A stretch of DNA of 64,000 nucleotides from an uncultured archaeon. Lineage in GTDB: Archaea; Nanobdellota; Nanobdellia; Pacearchaeales; GW2011-AR1. The DNA lies in assembly GCA_963845205.1 (NCBI GenBank), contig CAWJRC010000004.1, positions 105,040 through 169,039 on the forward strand, read 5' to 3'. Positions within the stretch are counted from its first letter, which is position 1. The number at the start of each line of letters is the position of its first letter. The notes beneath the pieces were generated by a model that made no database searches, was not told the origin of the DNA, and worked only from the letters and a program-made list of their open reading frames with translations. The position numbers were made by a program, and so were the translations under genes. Of the stretch, positions 49,695 through 58,475 are shown piece after piece.

Positions 49695-50111
49695 TTAAGG
49701 TTTGCGTATTAGTCTTCTGGCTATTCCAAGAGAGATGAAGAAAGTTGCAAAAAGTTGCAACAGAGGACTCAGTCCGATGCCGAATATCACGGGCATAGAA
49801 GAAGTGTAGCTCCATCTCTTCAGAAGATATAGATTGATAATTTCTATAACTGAAGCGATTATTATACCAGAAAGAATTATAAACAAATAATCTCCTGATT
49901 TTGGTTTGATAAACCATTTTAATCCTTTATTTTTGAGAAACAAGAAAATAAAAATCAAGGAAATTAAAAGGACATCTCCCAGACTTGCAAGAATAAGATG
50001 AGGAACCATTGGTATTTTGCTGAGATCGTTATATAATGGATACTGCAAAAATTCCCAGAGTAAATTTAATATAAAGACTATGATAAAGAACAAGAGAATA
50101 TTTTTTTTCAT
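49695..50111 (-). CDS. Small membrane protein (4 TM)
   Basis: LNLLWEFLQYPLY...RWSYTSSMP...GLSPLLQ. Confidence 0.75.
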   Translation of the reverse strand: MKKNILLFFIIVFILNLLWEFLQYPLYNDLSKIPMVPHLILASLGDVLLISLIFIFLFLKNKGLKWFIKPKSGDYLFIILSGIIIASVIEIINLYLLKRWSYTSSMPVIFGIGLSPLLQLFATFFISLGIARRLIRKP

Positions 50112-50187
50112 TCAGTTATTATTAATCCTGTTTGATTATAAAAGTTCCTTTTGACAAATTTATTAAATAAAGAAAGAATATATTTCT

Positions 50188-51450
50188 ATGAAAAGGAAAA
50201 AGGCAAACTGGGAAGTTATAATTCTCTGCCTGATCTTAGTCTTCGCATTTTTCTTAAGAGTCTACCAGCTGGGAGTCCCTTCGCTTTGGGTTGACGAGGC
50301 TACTTCCGGAATGGCAGCAAAAATGATTCTGGAAAAGGGGATTCCTGTTTTTGATTCTGGCCTTCTTTACGACAGGGCTTTTGTATTTCATTATCTGACT
50401 GCTTTCTTTTTATTGTTCGGGCAGACTGATTTCTTGGTAAGGTTCGCCTCTGTAATTTTCGGGCTGCTTACTGTTCTTCTTGCTTATTTTATCGGAAGGG
50501 AATATTCGAAATCAGGCGGGATTATTTCTGCGCTGTTCATGTCTGCATTCTATCTTGAGGTATTTTTCTCGAGGCAGGCAAGGTTCTACCAGCTTTTCCA
50601 GCTGATGTTCTTTCTTTCTATTTATTTATTGTACAAGTCAAAAAAGAACCCCAATTATATTTATCTTGCGCTGATTTCTTTTTTCATAACTCTAGACACG
50701 CAGGTTGAGGGCTTGGTTCTTGCTCCTTTTTTCATCTGGCATATTTTGGCTTACAGCAAAAAGTGGAAAAAGTATTTAGCAATTATTCCGGGAGCCCTTC
50801 TACTTTTTGGTGCTGCCAGTGTACTGGGGGTTTCTGCTCTTTCGGTAAAATCTTCAATAATCTACGCGCAGGACTATCTTAATTATACGGGAGATATGAT
50901 CTATATTTTGGTATTGTCTGTGATGGGATTAATCTGGGCTTATGCTAGGAAGAAAAAACTAACACTGATGATTGTGCTTCCTTCCCTGCTTTGTCTTGTT
51001 GGAATTTTTTCTCTGCAGACTTTTGCATTAAGGTACAGCTATTTCTTTGTATTTCCTTTGATTCTTTATTCTTCGCTTCTTGTTTCATTTTTGTATGAGA
51101 AGTACGGGAAGATCATGCTGGCTGTTGTCTTGATATTGCTGATTGTCCCTTCGAATTTATTTTTCCCCTATACTTATACAAATTGGAATGCAACATACCC
51201 TTTGCTAAACCAAACTCCGATATCTCTTCCAGGAAACAGCTTTAACGGAACGAACACAAGCACCCCAAATAAATCTACAAATCCTTTTACAAACTTCTTA
51301 AACGGCGCAGTCACAGGACTGGGAAATTTCGCATCAACACCAATGGGAATTGCTGCAATATCATTAACCTTTATTCTTGGAGGAGTCGTCTTCTTTAATT
51401 TCAGGATGGGCCGGTTCAAAAATTTCAGAAAGGGAATGTTCAAGAAATAA
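50188..51450 (+). CDS. GT-C (PMT/family 39-like) glycosyltransferase with atypical C-terminus
   Basis: SLWVDEA, RFASVIFG, SRQARFY, multiple TM helices. Confidence 0.82.
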   Translation: MKRKKANWEVIILCLILVFAFFLRVYQLGVPSLWVDEATSGMAAKMILEKGIPVFDSGLLYDRAFVFHYLTAFFLLFGQTDFLVRFASVIFGLLTVLLAYFIGREYSKSGGIISALFMSAFYLEVFFSRQARFYQLFQLMFFLSIYLLYKSKKNPNYIYLALISFFITLDTQVEGLVLAPFFIWHILAYSKKWKKYLAIIPGALLLFGAASVLGVSALSVKSSIIYAQDYLNYTGDMIYILVLSVMGLIWAYARKKKLTLMIVLPSLLCLVGIFSLQTFALRYSYFFVFPLILYSSLLVSFLYEKYGKIMLAVVLILLIVPSNLFFPYTYTNWNATYPLLNQTPISLPGNSFNGTNTSTPNKSTNPFTNFLNGAVTGLGNFASTPMGIAAISLTFILGGVVFFNFRMGRFKNFRKGMFKK

Positions 51451-51507
51451 ACAAAAGTATTACTCTCAAAATACTATCGGCGTGAAGAGAGCTATTTTTA
51501 AAATAAT

Positions 51508-51651
51508 TTAAGAATTATTCTTTTTTGCTTTAATTTTACCACAATCAGCTTTCTGTTCGCATCTATTACAAATACCTGAATTTTTAGACCATTCATTTGT
51601 CCCGAAACAGTTTTTTACTAATTGTTGTTTTTGCAATTGAGATTTAGTCAT
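51508..51651 (-). CDS. Small Cys4 peptide, 47 aa (not in ORF track)
   Basis: MTKSQLQKQQLVKNCFGTNEWSKNSGICNRCEQKADCGKIKAKKNNS. Confidence 0.5.
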   Translation of the reverse strand: MTKSQLQKQQLVKNCFGTNEWSKNSGICNRCEQKADCGKIKAKKNNS

Positions 51652-51756
51652 CAAAAAGACCATATTCCACGCCTTATATACCTTCAGAAGTTAAACTATA
51701 CGATATAAGCATGGGTGAATTTTAGAATACGGAAATCTATTATTCAAAGAGTATTT

Positions 51757-52167
51757 TTAATCAGTAATTGCAAAATCGTCTTCTCCAATCAACTGGTCAT
51801 TCAGGAACCACACTGCCCTGTATTTTCCGTACCCGCCTTTTTCAAAAAATTCCTGCGTTGTTTTATTGGAGTCGAGACAGCCGACTTCCCAGGCAGAATC
51901 ATTGTAGGGAACAGATTCGCTCTCTTCAAAAACAACATCTCCTGACGGGCCGTAAATGCAAAGCTCTTCTACGTCACCTGCTTTATTATCAGAATAATGA
52001 TCAAGAAAAACCAGAGGTTCGCTGAGCTTAAAATTTGTTTTCAGCCCTGCATATTCCATTGGAAATACCCAAAGCCCGTGAAACCAATGCTCCTCTGCTT
52101 TGACAGCACAGGAAGAGAGAGCCAAAGCTCCTGCAAGACCCAAAGCAACAGTTATCTTTTCAAGCAT
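51757..52167 (-). CDS. Secreted Ig-like paralog family member 4 (lipobox-like)
   Basis: LSSC; YAGLKTNF..SEPLVFLD, GGYGKYRAVW, IGEDDFAITD. Confidence 0.75.
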   Translation of the reverse strand: MLEKITVALGLAGALALSSCAVKAEEHWFHGLWVFPMEYAGLKTNFKLSEPLVFLDHYSDNKAGDVEELCIYGPSGDVVFEESESVPYNDSAWEVGCLDSNKTTQEFFEKGGYGKYRAVWFLNDQLIGEDDFAITD

Positions 52168-52199
52168 GGAATAAACAATTAGAATCCGGTTTATAAATT

Positions 52200-52460
52200 C
52201 TATTTTTTAATTTTTATTAAAATAGCACATCCAATTATAAAAATTATAGAAACCCCAAACATAATCCAGGAGTATGTAACTGGATGCTGACTAGAAGCAA
52301 TTTTCCAGACGTTTATTATGCTCATCAAACCAACACCTATCCAGAAAGCAAGAGCCCACTCAATCTGTCTTTTGCTTTTATTTATCATTCCATTCATAAG
52401 AAAATAGGATATAAAAATTCTTCTGCAAAAAATTCGCCAAATATTTAAACTATATTTCAA
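52200..52460 (-). CDS. Small membrane protein (true start probably internal)
   Basis: Two TM helices. Confidence 0.5.
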   Translation of the reverse strand: MKYSLNIWRIFCRRIFISYFLMNGMINKSKRQIEWALAFWIGVGLMSIINVWKIASSQHPVTYSWIMFGVSIIFIIGCAILIKIKK

Positions 52461-52470
52461 TCAGTAAGAT

Positions 52471-53115
52471 ATGAGGAAAAATATTTTCATCGGAGCAATC
52501 ATTCTGTTATTATTTCTGCTGACTTTCGCATCTGCTTCAGGCGCAGTAACACTCACAAGAAATACATTAAGCAAAACAAATCCTTCTGCATCAACCCAGG
52601 CAGCAATAGGAGGAAAGGTTTACACAATCACTCTTGTCTCAGCATCAAACAGCAACGCAGCATTCAGCGTCTCATATCCTTACACATATCCATGCAATTG
52701 CGTCAGCACAGGAAGAGGCCCGACAAACTGCCTTGTATGCACTTCAACAAATAGCACAACACAGACAATAAAATCAGGAGCATCGCAGACAATCAACGGA
52801 GTAACTATCACATTAATAAGCGCATCATCAAAACTTTATATGGAGACCGCTGTAATCACGATTTCATCATCTCCTAACTGCATCGGCGAAGGAGGAAGCT
52901 TGGGAGCAGTTGTTCCAGGAAATTATGCACAATGTTGTCCTGGCCTTATAGCTTACATTCCTCCCGGAAGACTTGGAACAGAAGGAACATGCATAAACCC
53001 AAGCACCTGCAAAATGGCAGGAGCGCAATGCACTTCAACATCACAGTGCTGCAACAAAGAATGCAGAGGATTCATCGGATTTTTTTCTTTTATCAATTTC
53101 GGAAAGTGTGCTTAA
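52471..53115 (+). CDS. Secreted Ser/Thr-rich protein with Cys-rich C-terminal modules
   Basis: Signal peptide; two YTITLVSAS/VTITLISAS repeats; C-x-CC patterns. Confidence 0.75.
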   Translation: MRKNIFIGAIILLLFLLTFASASGAVTLTRNTLSKTNPSASTQAAIGGKVYTITLVSASNSNAAFSVSYPYTYPCNCVSTGRGPTNCLVCTSTNSTTQTIKSGASQTINGVTITLISASSKLYMETAVITISSSPNCIGEGGSLGAVVPGNYAQCCPGLIAYIPPGRLGTEGTCINPSTCKMAGAQCTSTSQCCNKECRGFIGFFSFINFGKCA

Positions 53116-53312
53116 TCTTTCGCCAATAATATTCCCAGAATAGAAAAACTTCCGCAAAGAATAGTCATTATCATTCCGCTTCCCACTATAATTGTATTTG
53201 AGAACCTTGACAAATAAACAGGAACAAATATCCATAGCATGTAAGCGACCCAGACCAGAACAGATGATGTTGAGATTGTTATCCCGATTTTATTCAGCAA
53301 TTCCATGTCCAA
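53112..53312 (-). CDS. Small membrane protein
   Basis: Two TM helices; TTG start. Confidence 0.45.
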   Translation of the reverse strand: MDMELLNKIGITISTSSVLVWVAYMLWIFVPVYLSRFSNTIIVGSGMIMTILCGSFSILGILLAKD

Positions 53313-53382
53313 TATGATATGCCCTGCCTTAAAAATTTAATTATTTCCACAACGCTTAAAAATCCTTATTATCATATTATTC

Positions 53383-53642
53383 TGTAGACTAGGTCAGCGG
53401 ATTAGCCCTCCGCTATTTGCAAACGGGCTTTAGGCAGACTGCAAGAAGGCAAGTGAGTAAGATGTTGAATTGTCTTTATTCCAACGTTGACGCTTTGTCT
53501 GTTTTGATCTTGCATATGCGAAATGGGTCAGGCCCTGATCGGAGCAGCCCTAAACATTTGACTAGGTGCTTAACAGAGTGCAAGGCCGAGAAAGAATAGA
53601 GGAAGCACTTCAGTTTTTTACAGGCAAACCTTCGAGTCTACA
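53383..53642 (+). ncRNA. ffs: Archaeal SRP (7S) RNA, reduced
   Basis: Helix 1 TGTAGACT (53383-53390) pairs with AGTCTACA (53635-53642); Alu hairpins with kissing loops AGCCC/GGGCT; helix 8 TCAGG...AGCAG at 53525-53550. Confidence 0.85.
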
Positions 53643-53654
53643 CTTAATTTTTAC

Positions 53655-53912
53655 CTATCTTTCATAAATGTTTTTCCTATGACCTATCTTAATTATGTTC
53701 ATTCTGTTGTTTTTTTGATCAAAATCAAAAATAACCCTGTAGTCTCCAACTCTTAATCTAAATGCCGATTCCCCCTTTAATCTTTTGAATTCTTTTGCTT
53801 TTGGATTTTCCGAAAACTCTTTAACATATTTTATAATCCTTTTAGACAACAATGATTCAAGTTTGCTCAGAAAGTCTATGGATTTCCTGCTCCAAATTAC
53901 CTCATAATTCAT
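53655..53912 (-). CDS. relE: RelE/ParE family toxin
   Basis: KRLKGESAFRLRVGDYRVIF, IGHRKNIY. Confidence 0.93.
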   Translation of the reverse strand: MNYEVIWSRKSIDFLSKLESLLSKRIIKYVKEFSENPKAKEFKRLKGESAFRLRVGDYRVIFDFDQKNNRMNIIKIGHRKNIYER

Positions 53913-54136
53913 TTTAATCCAAACATCCTTTCGACTTCTTCCTCAGTATAAAATTCTCCTTTCTCAATTTTTTTTCTTGCTTCTTTAATCTCTTTCTTTG
54001 TTTCTTCATTTAATTCCAAATGATCTTCAAGCAAAACTTCAATTATATCATTGTAAGTCTCCCGTTCATGAAGTTTTAACTTGTCAAGCATTGTTTTTGT
54101 CTCGGGATTTATTCTAATTGTTGTTTCCATATACAA
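53909..54136 (-). CDS. Antitoxin (RHH-type)
   Basis: TTIRINPETKTMLDKLK...ETYNDII; ATGA overlap with toxin. Confidence 0.88.
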   Translation of the reverse strand: MYMETTIRINPETKTMLDKLKLHERETYNDIIEVLLEDHLELNEETKKEIKEARKKIEKGEFYTEEEVERMFGLK

Positions 54137-54202
54137 TTGTATACATATGTATATTTAAACTTTCTTGTTTTAATTCTATAAGAAACCTTCGAGTCTACAC
54201 TT

Positions 54203-55534
54203 TTAATCCAGCTGCCAGTTTATTGTGTATTCTTTAGATATTTGCTGGGTATAACCTGTTATATAATCTGCAGCTTCTGTTACATTCTGATCAATAATAA
54301 ACTGGCTTATCATGTTCTGCTCGGCTACGCCAAAGTCACTCGGAGCAGCATTTGAAGTTGCAGGGAAAACATATTTGGAAGATATAAAATCAAGAACAGC
54401 TGTCTTCTGATACAGATCATAATTAGTTACATTAGCGTCGAAGCGGGCAGAGATAGATCCCTTCAGAGGATTGAATGCATCCTGTCCTTTTTCTGAGCCG
54501 ACAACAGTAAGCCATTCTTCTGCGCTTTCATGATGCTTTATATTTTTAGGAAGCTGGAATGCATCAATAACAATTCCGTACATGTTTGATGTTTCCGGTA
54601 CAGGGAATGTTCCGTAATCTTTGTTGTAAGTCAGGTTCGCGGCTATGAACTCGCCGTCATTCCAGTCGCCGTCTATGTTGAACGCGCTCTCGCCATCAAT
54701 AACCCTGTCTGTAGCAGCATTCCATGTTATGTTCGCGCTGTCAGGATTTACATAGCTGAGATATTTTTTAAAAATAGCAAGAGAGTTCAAAAGCCGAGGA
54801 TCATTTGCAGAAATTACTTTCCCATTTATCCAGTCCTGATAGAAACCAATACCCTGGCTCGCGACAATCTGGTCAAATGCAAATGCAGCTGTCCATGCCT
54901 GTCCCATCTGTATAGGATACTGAATACCATCTGTCTTCAATTCATCGCATGCAAGGAAAAAAGAACTCCATGAAGTTATAGACTGAGTATCGATTCCGTA
55001 CTTGTCAAGAAGAGGCTTGTTGTACCAAACTAAATTGCTTCTCTGCATGTCAGCAGGAACAGAATAATAATGCCCGTCGAACTGGCACATTGCCTGAATA
55101 GTCTTCGGAGTAACATTTTCAAGATTATCTTCCTGCCAGATATTGTCAACAGGATCAAGAAGACCAGCGTCATAATATATCTTGGCCTCGTATCCTGCAT
55201 GAGCCTCGAAACTGTCAGGGGCCTGGCCGCTGAAAACTAAAGGCTTGAGAACATTAAACAAAACAATTCCTCCTCCGCTCGAAGAGAGACTGAAAACAGG
55301 GGTCGGAAGAACAGTCACATTAGGATATTCTGAAAGATAAACATTAATCAGCGCATTCAAAGCAGCCTGCTCTCCGACAGAAGTCCACTGATGATAAAAA
55401 GTAAGGACATTTGCCGGCTGCTGAACCTGAGACAAATAGCTAATCAGAAAACTTCCGGCAATAACCAAGCCAACCACGCAGATTATTACTGCAACCAAAA
55501 TAACAGAATTTAATTTTACTTTTACTGTTTTCAT
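54203..55534 (-). CDS. Sugar ABC transporter substrate-binding protein, orphan
   Basis: HQWTSVGE, PDSFEAHAG, DGHYYSVP, GDW, AFNPLKGSISAR. Confidence 0.88.
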   Translation of the reverse strand: MKTVKVKLNSVILVAVIICVVGLVIAGSFLISYLSQVQQPANVLTFYHQWTSVGEQAALNALINVYLSEYPNVTVLPTPVFSLSSSGGGIVLFNVLKPLVFSGQAPDSFEAHAGYEAKIYYDAGLLDPVDNIWQEDNLENVTPKTIQAMCQFDGHYYSVPADMQRSNLVWYNKPLLDKYGIDTQSITSWSSFFLACDELKTDGIQYPIQMGQAWTAAFAFDQIVASQGIGFYQDWINGKVISANDPRLLNSLAIFKKYLSYVNPDSANITWNAATDRVIDGESAFNIDGDWNDGEFIAANLTYNKDYGTFPVPETSNMYGIVIDAFQLPKNIKHHESAEEWLTVVGSEKGQDAFNPLKGSISARFDANVTNYDLYQKTAVLDFISSKYVFPATSNAAPSDFGVAEQNMISQFIIDQNVTEAADYITGYTQQISKEYTINWQLD

Positions 55535-55608
55535 CTTTCCTCTTTAACAGATAATTTAATTATTTTAAATATTTAAATTATTCGTATAAAATTAGCAACT
55601 CTTTATCT

Positions 55609-56196
55609 TCATTTTTCCAAAGGAAGAAATCCTTTAACTTCCTCTTTTGATAACTGCCTGTAGGTATCACATTCGTGTTTTAAATGCCAAGAAAATTTAG
55701 TTTCAAACCCAATGTTTTCAACTTTCTTTCCGACTTCTTTTACAACTTTGATTGCTGGAACAAAATCCCCATCTGAAGAGACTAATATTGCAGTATCATA
55801 AGCATTATTATAAGCCAACTTAACCATATCAACTGCCAAGTTTATGTCATCTTCTTTTACCATATAACAAATCTTACCATTTATGGTCTCTTTTTGCATT
55901 CTGCATAAAATTAGATTAAAGCAAGGTATTTTTCTCAATTTATCAAAAAATTTCTGCTGGTTGGCATAAATTTCCTGTCCAGTTTTTTTCGCCTTTTTTG
56001 GGGTAATATAATTTTTATCCAAGGGAGCTGTGTAATAATAGGTTCTAACAAGCATTCTATTTCCTACAAGAGTTTTTGTAAATTTATCAAAATCAAATTC
56101 AGATAAACAGTCAGGATCATCATTAATCATCTTTTTAACGATATGATAATGATTGCTGCCGTCAATGAATACTATAACTTTTTCTTTATCGTGCAT
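55609..56196 (-). CDS. NYN/LabA-DUF88 (PIN-like) nuclease
   Basis: VFIDGSN, KEDDINLAVDM, ILVSSDGDFVP, GKKV. Confidence 0.92.
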   Translation of the reverse strand: MHDKEKVIVFIDGSNHYHIVKKMINDDPDCLSEFDFDKFTKTLVGNRMLVRTYYYTAPLDKNYITPKKAKKTGQEIYANQQKFFDKLRKIPCFNLILCRMQKETINGKICYMVKEDDINLAVDMVKLAYNNAYDTAILVSSDGDFVPAIKVVKEVGKKVENIGFETKFSWHLKHECDTYRQLSKEEVKGFLPLEK

Positions 56197-56242
56197 AGAG
56201 TTAGATAAAGAAATAACTTAAAAATATATCGTAAAATATGAA

Positions 56243-56268
56243 CCCAGCTTTGCCGAAGCAATGCTGGG
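56243..56268 (-). other. GC-rich hairpin with C(UUCG)G tetraloop upstream of NYN gene
   Basis: Minus strand CCCAGC-ATTGC-TTCG-GCAAA-GCTGGG. Confidence 0.7.
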
Positions 56269-56555
56269 GAGTATATAATAATAATAATAATAGGGGATTT
56301 AAAAATGTTTATTTTATAGCTACGGGCAGTATTCCCTACTGCGCTAATTGTTATTTTAATGATAGCACTATTGATGATACTTATTACAACAGTATTGATA
56401 ATTGTTATTACAATTAACAATTCAGGTAATGAGTCAGTAATTAGAAATATAAAACTTACTGCAACTTAACAAAAAAGGAGAAAATTACGACAATTCCTTA
56501 TTCTTAACATTTTATAGTTCAAAAAGTTAATAAAGTCTTTCTGGTTTTTTAATAA

Positions 56556-57431
56556 ATGAAAAATAAGAGGGGGCAATTTTTCATTATTGCTGCAATAATC
56601 ATAATAACAGTGATAATAAGCATTGTAACTGTCTCGAATTACAGCCAGCCGAAACAGACAACAAAACTTTATGATCTTGGACAGGAACTGGGAATTGAAA
56701 GCCAGCAGGTTCTTGATTACGGAACATACAACGAGCTAAACGATACTGAGATGCAATCACTAATGGAAAATTTCATCCAGAATTATGTAAGCTACATGGG
56801 AGGAAAAAGGAATATTTATTTCGTGTTCGGAAACGCGCAGGTCATTGACGTTGTCGGTTATCAAGAGTTATTAAACGAAAGCGTCTGCATAACATTAAAT
56901 CCTGTAACTCATGTTTGCGGGGACGGAACTGCAATAGCAGGAGAGGGATGCGATGTAAACACAAGCATATTCGGGGATATAGGATGCGCAGGCGACTGCC
57001 AGCTTGAACAGCCCGGATGCAATATTTCTGCTGCTTCAAATGAAACAGTAAATGAATCAACAGTAAATCCCGGAGAATACTGCGACGGAAATAATATGAG
57101 CGGGCTCAACTGCACTTCATTCGGATTTGACGAACCTGCAAGCGAACCTCAGGGACAGACAGCACTTCAATGCACTGCACAATGCGGATTTGACACTTCC
57201 GGATGCGTAATTCCACAGCCGCAGAATCAGCCAGAATGCCAGAACCTCACTGTCCTCGGACAGCCGCAATCACCTCAGCAATTTCCAGAAGAAAACGGTG
57301 CAATTTCAAAAGTAGCGATAAACCTTGCAGGAAACCAGTATGAATTCGCGCTCAAGCCCGGAGAAAATTTCTATTTTGTAATCTGGGAAACAGAAAACGG
57401 AGAAAAAAATGTTATTACAAGCCCGCAATAA
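56556..57431 (+). CDS. Pilin-like protein (class III signal) with Cys-rich insertion
   Basis: KRG/QFFIIAA; CGDG...GEGCD...GEYCDG...C. Confidence 0.8.
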   Translation: MKNKRGQFFIIAAIIIITVIISIVTVSNYSQPKQTTKLYDLGQELGIESQQVLDYGTYNELNDTEMQSLMENFIQNYVSYMGGKRNIYFVFGNAQVIDVVGYQELLNESVCITLNPVTHVCGDGTAIAGEGCDVNTSIFGDIGCAGDCQLEQPGCNISAASNETVNESTVNPGEYCDGNNMSGLNCTSFGFDEPASEPQGQTALQCTAQCGFDTSGCVIPQPQNQPECQNLTVLGQPQSPQQFPEENGAISKVAINLAGNQYEFALKPGENFYFVIWETENGEKNVITSPQ

Positions 57432-57951
57432 AAAAGGACTCAGCGAAGTCATTGGATACATTCTGCTAGTCGCGGTTTCGATAACAATAAGTGTGCTCGT
57501 ATACCAATGGCTTGTAACATATGTCCCATCGCAGTCGCTTCAGTGCGATGACGGAACTTCTTTTTTTGTAAAAGATTTTTCCTATGACTGCACAAACCAG
57601 ATATTAAACATAACCCTGGAAAATAACGGAAAGTTCAGCATTGAAGGATATTTTATTCATGCTTCAAACAACAGCGACACCAGCCAGCTTGCAACAATAG
57701 ATTTATCACAGAAAGTTCTTAATTACAGCGGAGCATATCCGTACGGAAATTCTGTAATATTCTCGCAGCTTGTAAACAATGAACTGGCTCCTGACGCAAC
57801 AGGAATAAAACTCCATGTCTTCAATGTATCGGGATACGGAAACCTTAGCAAGATAGAGCTTATACCGACGAGAATACAGGATGTTCAGGGAAAAACAGTT
57901 TTAGTAACATGCACTGATTCAGAGGTTACAGAACTGCTTACATGCAACTGA
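57409..57951 (+). CDS. Archaeal type IV pilin
   Basis: KKG/LSEVIGYILLV class III signal. Confidence 0.88.
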   Translation: MLLQARNKKGLSEVIGYILLVAVSITISVLVYQWLVTYVPSQSLQCDDGTSFFVKDFSYDCTNQILNITLENNGKFSIEGYFIHASNNSDTSQLATIDLSQKVLNYSGAYPYGNSVIFSQLVNNELAPDATGIKLHVFNVSGYGNLSKIELIPTRIQDVQGKTVLVTCTDSEVTELLTCN

Positions 57952-57989
57952 ACAGAAAGGATTTAAAATAGAAGGATATTAATATTAAA

Positions 57990-58475
57990 ATGGCAAGAAG
58001 GAGTGTGATAAAAAAGAAAGGGCTTTCCCCTGTAATAACAACAGTTCTTTTGATTGCTCTGGTCGTTGTAATAGTTTCTATAATTTTCTTATGGTTTAGG
58101 GGAATGGTGCAGGAAGGAGTCACAAAATTCGGGAAGAACATAAATCTGGTATGCGATGATGTAAAGTTCGACGCAACATATGCGGCAGGAACCTTAAGTG
58201 TAGTCAATACAGGAAACATTCCGATATTCAGAATCGAGATAAGAATTTCAAACAATGGAAATTTCGTGACAGAAGACATTATGAACACAAGTGCAGGAAG
58301 CAGCTGGCCTTCCGGAGGGCTGGGGCAGGGAGCAACTTTCTCAGGAAACATACAGAGTGATATCGGAAGCGCAAATGACATTCTTATAATACCCGAACTT
58401 ATAGGAACATCACCCAGCGGAAAAGAAACTTTAATATGCGGAGGACAGTATGGAAAGGATATCACGATCTCGTAA
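57990..58475 (+). CDS. Archaeal type IV pilin
   Basis: KKG/LSPVITTVLLI. Confidence 0.9.
   Translation: MARRSVIKKKGLSPVITTVLLIALVVVIVSIIFLWFRGMVQEGVTKFGKNINLVCDDVKFDATYAAGTLSVVNTGNIPIFRIEIRISNNGNFVTEDIMNTSAGSSWPSGGLGQGATFSGNIQSDIGSANDILIIPELIGTSPSGKETLICGGQYGKDITIS

Larger units (their letters stand above)
53626..54202. mobile_element. TA cassette inserted at the SRP RNA 3' end, 20-bp direct repeats
   Basis: AAACCTTCGAGTCTACACTT at 53626-53645 and 54183-54202. Confidence 0.8.

Noticed and set aside
53417..53599. 60-aa ORF
   Set aside because: Lies inside the SRP RNA
56172..56420. 82-aa Ile-rich ORF and (TAA)n microsatellite
   Set aside because: Low-complexity intergenic DNA spanning promoter and hairpins; repeat too short to call a contingency locus
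56466..56508. Two CTTAACA motifs resembling the element end
   Set aside because: Spacing is 38 rather than 28, with no AAGCCAC or CTCTCA
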